Assembly: GCA_963762255.1 (NCBI GenBank)
Contig: CAVXKA010000002.1
Span: 864,001 to 928,000, forward strand
From: Candidatus Eiseniibacteriota bacterium
GTDB taxonomy: Bacteria; Eisenbacteria; RBG-16-71-46; JABDJR01
Length of the DNA: 64,000 nt
Direction: 5' to 3'
A program made the position numbers and the translations under genes. The notes under the pieces are model-generated. The model ran no database searches. It was not told the origin of the DNA and saw nothing but the letters and a program-made list of their open reading frames with translations. Shown piece after piece: positions 39,730 to 48,563 of this stretch. How positions within the stretch are numbered: the stretch's first letter is position 1; the number at the start of each line of letters is the position of its first letter.

Positions 39730-42405
39730 CTAGAACGAGTAGTCCAGTTGGAACCGGTAAGAAGTCTGCTCCCCCCGCGCATCCGTGCCATCCGGGGTCG
39801 GCGATATCAAGTCGCCGAAGTTCCGGATGTCCACGTAAGAGCGAGGAAGCTGGTGGTCGGCGGTCCACTTGAGCCGCCAGGAAAGATTCTCCGAGAGCCG
39901 GCTGCGGAGCATGAACCAGTTCCGGAAGCCGTTTCCGTCGAGTACGACGAACTCGTTGTCCTCGAAGTTGTACAGGAAGCCGTCGTAGACCTCCGCCGAC
40001 ACCGTGGCGGTCAGGAAGTCGCTGAAGTTGTGCGTGAAGGTCGCCTGCACCGCCTTCGCCGGAATCCCCCGCGACCCCACCTGGTTGGTGCTCGTGTTGC
40101 CGCCATCGGCAGGGGCGCTGAGCCGAGGCCGGTCGGCAAACGTCACGTTGGTGGTCGAGTAGAGGAATCCCATCTGGTCGTAGTTGGAGAGATTGACCCG
40201 CATCTCCAACCGCGTGTCCCAGGACTGGAAGGCGCGGATGTCGTCCGGCCGCTGGTCGTGCCGGCCGGAAATCCGGTGACGAATGCGGAATCGCACCGGG
40301 AACACGGGCCGGTACTCCGCGCGGATGGTGAGTCGCTTCAGGTCCGCGCCGTCCGCCTTGCGGGTATAGGTGTCGTATTCGAGACCGGTCAGCGTGAAGG
40401 CCCGGGTGAACTGGTAGCGGGTGCTGAAATACCAGCCCTCCTCCGCCTTGGGAGAGGGGTCGTTGTACGCCGTGTAGCTGTACAGGGGATTCCAGAGCCG
40501 GAAGGGGTTTCCATCCATCAGCGTCTGCTGGAATTTGGAGTTCTCCGAGAACGCCCGGTTGTAGGGATTATCGTATCCCAACGAATAGTTCCGGTAGAGC
40601 GCCAGGAAGTTGAAGTTCTCGTACTGGATGTACCCGTTGGCGATGAAGGCCTCGGGGCCGTAGGAGAAGATCCGCTTGAGCGCGCTCTCCTCGTCCGAGG
40701 TCTCCAGCTTCCCGTACTCCGCGGCAAGGGACACGTTTTCGAACACCGTGGATCCCTCGGCGCCCCAGATCCGGCGATAGGGCCCGAGATCGGTGCTGTT
40801 ATACCGCGCGTAGAGTTCGGAGTCGCGGTCTTCCAGACGTGTCGCCGGCTGCATGACCAGCGACGCCGGATCGGGATTCCAACGCCGGGCAGCGTTGTCA
40901 TGGTAGAGACGGTTCCGGTAGTTCATGTCGAGCCCGGTGAGGCCGACGTAGGTCCCCGGACGGAACTCGTACTTCACGTTTCCGCCGGTGATCTGCTCCC
41001 TCATCACGTCCCGCATCGGCGTGTAGTACTTCGATTCCCGATGGCCCTTCAAGAGACCGGCGTCGATGTCGGCGCGGATCCCCTCGAGGAAGTCGTTCGA
41101 CACCCGCGGCATCATGGTGATGTAGGAGTTGAACGAGCCGTCCGGGTTGAGGATCGCGTCCTTGTCGTCCAGGGAGTAGAAGAACGTCCCCCGGACGTGG
41201 CCCAGGGTTCCCTCCAGAGCCGTCCCGCGCAGCGTGTACTCGTCGCTGCGGGAGATATCACCGCGAATGCCGACCGCCCGCACGTTGTAGCCGGAGCCGG
41301 TGCGTCGCGGCATGAAGAAGTCGGTCGCATCCATGATGAGGCCCTGACCCAGAGTCACCGCGTAATTGCCCACCACCGCCTTGTGGAGCTGGAACTTGCC
41401 GAAGGGGGTCGAAACCGGGGCGTAATCGCCGAGTTCGACATAGGCCTTGGCGGTCTCGTCCCAGTTCTCCTCGCCCAGGTTGCGATGGGCGATCCCCCCG
41501 GCCTTCAAGTGCCGGCCGTAGCGCAGGCGCAGCTTGTTGGTCATATAGGGGTCGCTGGCGCCCAGGTTCATCCGTCCGGCGAAGGTGTTCTCATCGAAGT
41601 TGCGGAGGTTCGCCCTTTGCTCGGCGGTCAGCGAGTTCGACTCGCTGGTGCTGATCGTGGCCTGGACGTTCTCGGTGAGCGCATCGTAATCGTCCAGTGT
41701 GTAGGGCGTGTTGTACACGCGGAACTGGTAGTCCCCCGAGAACCGCGTCTTGGTCTCCTCGGGATCGTCGTAACGGATGAAGTCCCGCAGGTTGCGGAAA
41801 CCCCAGTAGGTGACGCCGCTCGCCGACCGGAGCTGACGCATGTTCTCGATCTTGCCGGCGAGACTGCGCTCGCGCAGCATCGCCACCGCGTCCACGGGAG
41901 ACACGTTCTGGTAGGAGACGAGATCGTAGTAGTTCAGGCGGTTGACGTTTCGAGGGTCCTTGATCTGGTCCACATAGTCGTCAACCAGCCCCTCGCTCGC
42001 CCCCTCCTCGGAGAGGAACCGCTGCACGACGTAGTAGCGCTCCTGGGCGCGTCGTTCCTCCTCGCGCATGTCCTCCTGCTCCAACTGGAAGATCGGGGTG
42101 ACCACCACCAAGGGCCGGAGGGTCTCCAGCATCTGGGGGGTGACTCCCTCCACTTCGAGCAGATCGAAGAGGCTATTGAAGTAGGCGCGGTACTTGCGAT
42201 GCTCGTACATCGCCTCGGCCACGCTGGCGGGGATGGGCAGGGTTTTCAGCGCGTCCAGCGACGCGTGGTTGATGTCGATCTGGTGCTCGCCGCTGATGGA
42301 GGTTCCGGTGTCCGCCGTGCCCTGAGCGCGCAGGACGCCCGGAGACAGCGCGGCCGCCGCCACCACCGCGGCAGTGAGGATCAGTCTTCGTCGCAGACTC
42401 AACAC
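39730..42405 (-). CDS. Outer-membrane barrel protein with two N-terminal ComEA-like helix-hairpin-helix modules
   Basis: AGGAGG RBS; signal peptide; IDINHAS...FNSLFDLLEVEGVT and NVN...LRSASGVT; long beta region ending FQLDYSF. Confidence 0.8.
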   Translation of the reverse strand: MLSLRRRLILTAAVVAAAALSPGVLRAQGTADTGTSISGEHQIDINHASLDALKTLPIPASVAEAMYEHRKYRAYFNSLFDLLEVEGVTPQMLETLRPLVVVTPIFQLEQEDMREEERRAQERYYVVQRFLSEEGASEGLVDDYVDQIKDPRNVNRLNYYDLVSYQNVSPVDAVAMLRERSLAGKIENMRQLRSASGVTYWGFRNLRDFIRYDDPEETKTRFSGDYQFRVYNTPYTLDDYDALTENVQATISTSESNSLTAEQRANLRNFDENTFAGRMNLGASDPYMTNKLRLRYGRHLKAGGIAHRNLGEENWDETAKAYVELGDYAPVSTPFGKFQLHKAVVGNYAVTLGQGLIMDATDFFMPRRTGSGYNVRAVGIRGDISRSDEYTLRGTALEGTLGHVRGTFFYSLDDKDAILNPDGSFNSYITMMPRVSNDFLEGIRADIDAGLLKGHRESKYYTPMRDVMREQITGGNVKYEFRPGTYVGLTGLDMNYRNRLYHDNAARRWNPDPASLVMQPATRLEDRDSELYARYNSTDLGPYRRIWGAEGSTVFENVSLAAEYGKLETSDEESALKRIFSYGPEAFIANGYIQYENFNFLALYRNYSLGYDNPYNRAFSENSKFQQTLMDGNPFRLWNPLYSYTAYNDPSPKAEEGWYFSTRYQFTRAFTLTGLEYDTYTRKADGADLKRLTIRAEYRPVFPVRFRIRHRISGRHDQRPDDIRAFQSWDTRLEMRVNLSNYDQMGFLYSTTNVTFADRPRLSAPADGGNTSTNQVGSRGIPAKAVQATFTHNFSDFLTATVSAEVYDGFLYNFEDNEFVVLDGNGFRNWFMLRSRLSENLSWRLKWTADHQLPRSYVDIRNFGDLISPTPDGTDARGEQTSYRFQLDYSF

Positions 42406-42414
42406 GACCGCCTC

Positions 42415-43335
42415 CTACTTCCCGGAGGAGAGGACATAGCTCACACCGAACTGGTGGGTGGCCTCGAGGGTGCCCCCCCCAGTGGAGAAGCCGTAGTCCA
42501 CGGTGATGCCGTATTGGCTGATGCCGACACCGGCGGTGAAGATACTGGGCTCCGAGCGGATGCCGGCGCGCAGGCACAGGTAGTCGTTGACCTCGAACTC
42601 GGTCCCGCCCCGGAACTGGAGCGGATCGCCGAGCGTGCTCGAAATGTCGAGCGCGGTGGTCACGCCCTTGTAGGGCACGTAGGCCACCCCCGCTCCGACG
42701 CGGCGGATCAGGTCTTCCTTGTCGGTCTTGCCGATCGTGGGGTTGTTCATGTTGAGGGCGTAGAACCCCACGCGGGTGCGGTTGTAGATCGTGGCCTGCG
42801 CGGAGAAGTCGACGCCGAACGCCGTCGCGTTGCCGGGATCGATCCCGGTGCCCGGCTGGCCAGGATCCACATCCACGCTCATCCCGTAGTCCAGGTGGTA
42901 GATATTGATCCCCCACCCCGCCGCGAGCGTGCTCTGCATGTCCTTGAGAAGCTGGAACCCGTGCGCGAGGCTGATCGTGGTTTCCCCGGTCAGGTTCTCG
43001 CCTCGGTAGTCGACACCGAAGTGTCGAACACCGAGTCCCACGCCTCCGAACCGGCCCGCGCTCATCGTCCCCGAAGCCACGATCTGCTGCGAGAAGTCGT
43101 AGCCGAACGGCCTCACGAAGGAGGCCGCGACCGCAGGACCACCGGTCCAGGCGAGCGAGGCGGCGTTGTGGAACGGCGCGTACGCGTCCGCGGGGAGCGC
43201 GCTGAACGCACCGCCCAGCGCACGCGCCCGCGGGGACACCTCCAGATCCTCGAAGGCGGCAAAGGCCGGCGCCGCCGCAGCGAGGAGAGCCAGACCCACC
43301 AGGGCCGGCATCAGTCGTCTCCAGTTCGTCTTCAT
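42415..43335 (-). CDS. PorV/PorQ/PorP-like T9SS-associated beta-barrel
   Basis: Signal peptide; PRARALGG...HNAASL; LRAG...VDYGF...THQFGVSY pattern; 306 aa. Confidence 0.75.
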   Translation of the reverse strand: MKTNWRRLMPALVGLALLAAAAPAFAAFEDLEVSPRARALGGAFSALPADAYAPFHNAASLAWTGGPAVAASFVRPFGYDFSQQIVASGTMSAGRFGGVGLGVRHFGVDYRGENLTGETTISLAHGFQLLKDMQSTLAAGWGINIYHLDYGMSVDVDPGQPGTGIDPGNATAFGVDFSAQATIYNRTRVGFYALNMNNPTIGKTDKEDLIRRVGAGVAYVPYKGVTTALDISSTLGDPLQFRGGTEFEVNDYLCLRAGIRSEPSIFTAGVGISQYGITVDYGFSTGGGTLEATHQFGVSYVLSSGK

Positions 43336-43348
43336 CTTGTCGCCCCCC

Positions 43349-46300
43349 CTAGTCCAAACGCACGGAGACGACGATCGGGACCTGCTCCCGGCGGATCGTT
43401 CCGTCCAAGCTAGTAGTCATGAGATGGCAGATGTAGAGCCCGGCGCGGACGAACTCGAAAGTCTCGTCCCGGCCGTTCCACTTGAGCGTCCTCTTGGCGC
43501 CTGCCCCGTCGTAGAGCACCCTGACCACGCGCCCCTGCGTGTCGAAGACCCGGCACGTCGCCTTGGCCGAGCCCTCCGAGTTCATCTTGATCTCGATTGC
43601 CTGCTCGGCCCCGTTCGGCATCACGTAGCCGCGCAGCAGCGTGCGAGCGGCCACATCGAGGAGGCCCTCCTCGACCACAGCGGCCCCGGCAGTGAACTGG
43701 ATGATGGACCCGGCGACGATGGGGTTGCCGGCCAGATCCTGCACGTTGCTTACCTGAACGGTGTAACTGGTGCCGCCAACGAGGCCGGAGGCCAAGGTCA
43801 AGGTGACCTGACTCAGCGAGACCGCCGCCGAGCTGACGGCGATGGGCGAGGCGGGAGTGGCGGTCGGATAGACCGAGTAGTTCGCCGCCGTCGTGGCGCC
43901 GGCACCCAGAGCCTCCGAGAACACCACGGTGACGGCCCTCGAGTCAGCCGCGCCATTCGCCGAGGACAAGGTCGGCGGCGTCGTGTCGCCGGGTCCGCCC
44001 CCCTTCGAGAACTCGTCGGAGTGGCCCACGCCGATCTGGTAGGTCGTCGTCGAACCACTGCCGAATGCGCTGCCGAACCCGGCAGCGGTCACCACGTCGC
44101 CCGAAGCGAAATTGGCGGCAACGACCCCGGACGCGTTGCGCACCCGGAAGATGATGTCGCCCGCCGTATAGTTGTAGTTGCTGCTGCCCGAGGCCGACGG
44201 CGCCGCGGTCAGCGTCGCCGTGGTCCGGATGTAGGTCCCCTCCCAGGCCGCGGACTTCATCTGCGGCACCGTCAGGTCCTTCGGCGCCAGCCTCGGAACA
44301 CCGGACGCGATCAAGGTCGCCGTGTACCCGGTGATCTCGGTCGTCGTGAAGTAAAGCTCCACCACGCCCGTCACCTTGGCCACGTTGCCGCGGTCATCCA
44401 GCGCCGACTTGATGCTGCCACCGAACACGTTCAAACCTCGCCCGGAGCCGTCCTGGATGAACGCGCTCGTCGTCGTTCCGTTGCTCGAAGCGGTCACGTA
44501 CACCTGACCGATCATCGTCAGCGTCTGGGCGGCGAACCCGGATGGGTTGCCCTGGATCGTGGCGATGTTCGTTACGGTCTCGGCTACCGTGGAGAAGCTG
44601 GCAGTGCCGCCGGTCAGCGCGCCGCCGGTAAGGCTGGTCACCCCGCTCACCGTCAGCGTGTACGCCGTGCTCTTGGGCAGCGCGGCCGAGCGTCTTGATG
44701 ATCGCGGTCTGACCGTTCTCCTGCAGCGTCACCGAGGCGATGCTTAGCGACGGGGTGAAGCTGTAGTTGGCCGCCGTCGTCGCTTGGGCCGCGTTCACCT
44801 TCTCCGAGAACGCCACGCCCACGTAGTCGTTCCCGAACTGGAAGGCCGCCACCACCTGGATCGTCGTGCCGCCACCGCCGCCGCTCGTGAAGGCTACCGT
44901 CGAGTTGGCGGCGATCGGGTTCCCGGCCGCGTCCTGGACGTTGCTCACCTTCACCGTGTACGCGGTCGAGGCCGCAAGCGGCGACGCCAGCGTCAGGGTT
45001 ACCGTGGAGCCGGAGAGCGACGCCGAGCTGACCGCGATGGTCGATGCCGGAGTGGCGGTCGGATAGACCGAGTAGTTCGACGCCGTCGTGGCGCCGGCAC
45101 CCAGAGCCTCCGAGAACACCACGCTCACGCTGGTCGAACTCGCCGAGCCCGACGCGGAGACCAGGGTCGGCGGCGTCGGGATCGGGGCCGCTCCCCTTCG
45201 CAAAGTCGTCGCTGTGACCCACGCCGATCTGGTAGGTGAGCGATGACCCGCTCCCGTACGCGCTTCCGAACCCGGCCGCGGTCACGACGTCACCCGACGC
45301 GTAACTGGAGGCGTTGATCCCCGCCGCGTTACGCACCCGGAACGTGATGTCACCCGCAGGATAGTTGTAGTTGGTCGACCCAGAGGCCGACGGCGCCGCG
45401 CTCAGCGTCGCCGTGGTCTGGATGTACGTCCCTTCCCACGCCGCCGACTTCATCTGCGCCACCGTCAGCACCTTCGGCGCCAACTTCGGCAATCCCGACG
45501 CGATCAGGGTCGCCGTGTACCCCGTGATCTCGGTCGTCGTGAAGTAGATCTCCACCACGCCCGTCACCTTGGTCACGTTCCCACGGTTGTCCAGCGCCGA
45601 CTGCACGGCGCCGCCAAACACGTTCAGTCCACGACCGGAACCGTCCTGGATGAACGCGCTGCCCGTCGTCCCGTTGCTCGACGCGGTCACGTACACCTGA
45701 CCGATCATCGTCAGCGTCTGCGCGGCAAACCCGCTCGGGTTCGCCTGGATCGTCGCGATGTTCGTCACGGTCTCCGACACCGTCGAGAAGTTCGCGGTCC
45801 CGCCGCTCAGCGCGCCGCCGGTGAGGCTGGTCACCCCGCTCACCGTCAGCGTGTACGCCGTGCTCTTGGGCAGTGCGGCGGACGTCTTGATGATCGCGGT
45901 CTGTCCGTTCTCCTGCAGCGTCACCGAGCTGATGGTCAACGACGGGCTGAAACCGTAGTTGGCCGCCGTCGTCGCCTGGGCCGCGTTCACCTTCTCCGAG
46001 AACGCCACGCCCACGTAGTCGTTCCCGAACTGGAAGGCCGCCACCACGGAGAACCCCGTGCTGACGCTGCCCGTGGCGAAGGCCACCGTCGAGTTGGCCG
46101 CGATCGGGATCCCGGCCGCGCTCTGGACGTTGCTCACCTTCACCGTGTACGCGGTCGAGGCCGCAAGCGGCGACGCCAGCGTCAGGGTTACCGTGGAGCC
46201 GGAGAGGGCCGCTGAGCTGACCGCGATGGTCGAGGCGGGAGTGGCAGTCGGATAGACCGAGTAGTTCGACGCCGTCGTGGCGCCGGTTCCCAGAGCGTCC

Positions 46301-48441
46301 GAGAACACCACGCTCACGCTGGTCGAACTCGCCGAGCCCGACGCGGAGACCAGGGTCGGCGGCACGGGATCGGGGCCGCTCCCCTTCGCAAAGTCGTCGC
46401 TGTGACCCACGCCGATCTGGTAGGTGAGCGATGACCCGCTCCCGTACGCGCTTCCGAACCCGGCCGCGGTCACGGCGTCACCCGACGCGTAACTGGAGGC
46501 GTTGATCCCCGCCGCGTTACGCACCCGGAACGTGATGTCACCCGCAGGATAGTTGTAGTTGGTCGACCCAGAGGCCGACGGCGCCGCGCTCAGCGTCGCC
46601 GTGGTCTGGATGTACGTCCCTTCCCACGCCGCCGACTTCATCTGCGCCACCGTCAGCACCTTCGGCGCCAACTTCGGCAATCCCGACGCGATCAGGGTCG
46701 CCGTGTACCCCGTGATCTCGGTCGTCGTGAAGTAGATCTCCACCACGCCCGTCACCTTGGTCACGTTCCCACGGTTGTCCAGCGCCGACTGCACGGCGCC
46801 GCCAAACACGTTCAGTCCACGACCGGAACCGTCCTGGATGAACGCGCTGCCCGTCGTCCCGTTGCTCGACGCGGTCACGTACACCTGACCGATCATCGTC
46901 AGCGTCTGCGCGGCAAACCCGCTCGGGTTCGCCTGGATCGTCGCGATGTTCGTCACGGTCTCCGACACCGTCGAGAAGTTCGCGGTCCCGCCGCTCAGCG
47001 CGCCGCCGGTGAGGCTGGTCACCCCGCTCACCGTCAGCGTGTACGCCGTGCTCTTGGGCAGTGCGGCCGAGCGTCTTGATGATCGCGGTCTGTCCGTTCT
47101 CCTGCAGCGTCACCGAGCTGATGGTCAGCGACGGGCTGAAGCCGTAGTTGGCCGCCGTCGTCGCCTGGGCCGCGTTCACCTTCTCCGAGAACGCCACGCC
47201 TACGTAGTCGCTCCCGAACTGGAACGCCGCCACCACGGAGAACCCCGTGCTGACGCTGCCCGTGGTGAAGGCCACCGTCGAGTTGGCCGCGATCGGGTTC
47301 CCGGCCACGTCCTGGACGTTGCTCACCTTCACCGTGTACGCGGTCGAGGCCGCAAGCGGCGACGCCAGCGTCAGGGTCACGTTTGCGCCCGAGCCGGAGG
47401 CCGCAGACGCGGCGCTTACCGTGATCGTGCTGCTCGGGCTCGCGGTCGGATACACCGAGTAGTTTGCGGTTGTCGCCGCACCGACGCCCAACTGCTCCGA
47501 GAACACGACGGTCACGTGGTCGAAGTCGCCGAGCCCGACGCGGAGACCAGAGTGGGAGCCGTGGTGTCCGTGGATGTCTGCCCCGGCGGCACGCCCGTGG
47601 TGTTCGTGGAGAAGGTCGAGGCGAGGTTCTCGCTCGTCTCGTTGCGTCCACCGACACCGTTGCCGCCGGTCATCGTCTGAGTGCCTTCGGCGTCGTTCGT
47701 ACGGATGAAGGTACCGGTCCCGGAAAGTGTGGCCTGCGAAGCCAGCGGCGTATCCGCCAGGTAGGCGGTCGGCGTCGAGTCGGCGTCGGGGCCGTCGATC
47801 GAGATCCCCGTCTTGTCCACGCCCGCCGATGTCGCCGTCCCCCACAGCACGTAGTCGATGTCGGTCACCAGATCCGAAGCGCCGTCCCAGTAGAACAGGA
47901 TGACCACTTCACTGGTGTTGGAGAGCGTCGGAGTCGTGCCGGTCGCCCCCGGGTCCTTGATCGAACCCGCGCGCGCGGGGCGCATGTCCGGCACGCCGTC
48001 CGCAGCGGCCCCATCCTCGAACATCTCGAAGTTGGGCAGCTTGCCGTACGCGGCCTGGAACCCCGCACTTCCCAGCACCGAGATCGAGAGCTCCTGCCCC
48101 GGCTGGATCGTCGCGCCAGCGGGGAAGCGCGCAACGAAGTCGGTGAAGAGGCCACCGCCGATCAGCTTCGTCGGGTCGGGAAGGTTGTAGTAGTACTGGC
48201 TCCCGCTCGCGAAGGTGGCGTCGGTCAGGTAGTAGTTCGAGAGATCGACGGCCACGCTCCCCGGATTCTTGATCACGATGTACTCGTTGGGAGCCGTGAT
48301 CCCACTGCCTCGAATCTCAACCTGGGAGATCAGCAGCTTCGTCGGCGTCTGCGCGAGGCCGAGTGAGGGAAGAAACAAAGTGAGGGCGAGAATCGCCGTG
48401 ACGAGCGTCAGGCCCGTCGTGATACGGGATCGCATCAGCAT
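43349..48441 (-). CDS. About 1,696-aa secreted protein: lamin-tail domain + 3x[Ig-Ig-OB-OB] + Ig + FlgD/T9SS-like CTD; interrupted by 4 single-base indels
   Basis: Consecutive ORFs 47512..48492, 46538..47845, 44653..47031, 44394..45203 and 43349..44650 join via indels at ~47516 (-1), 47071, ~45178 and 44690 (+1 each), located by comparing repeat copies. ISQV...EYIVIKN...VDLSNYYLTD (LTD); FIQDGSGRGLNV...VTGVVE (OB). Confidence 0.75.
43995..47560 (-). repeat. Three tandem ~1,188-bp (396-codon) intragenic repeats
   Basis: 45181-45880 and 46369-47068 are nearly identical at an offset of 1,188; the third copy is more diverged. Confidence 0.9.
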
Positions 48442-48563
48442 GGGACGAAACCTTTCTCCTCCACGGAGTCGGTTTGAGTTGGGCCGGACCATGCCGGCCG
48501 CGGAGAAGGACCGCGCGATCGACCGGGAGCCAAGAACCCCTCGTCGAAAGCTAGCCCGGCAGT

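Noticed and set aside
37050-42405. Classical natural-competence locus (comEA/comEC)
   Set aside because: The ComEC membrane channel, ComF, DprA and pilus genes are absent, and coupling to a 5'-nucleotidase favours nutrition. A role in transformation is not strictly excluded.
39685-43413. 1,242-aa plus-strand ORF (also 31198..33624, 7293..9347, 50794..52569, 55098..56867)
   Set aside because: Antisense shadows of well-supported minus-strand genes in high-GC DNA; no recognisable motifs.
44680-47520. Programmed ribosomal frameshifting in the giant gene
   Set aside because: No slippery heptamer at the shift sites, and four successive shifts would yield almost no product.
43995-47560. Long repeats as a CRISPR array, IS copies or a DGR template/variable repeat
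   Set aside because: In-frame 396-codon protein modules with no spacers, transposase or reverse transcriptase, and no adenine-specific mismatch pattern seen.
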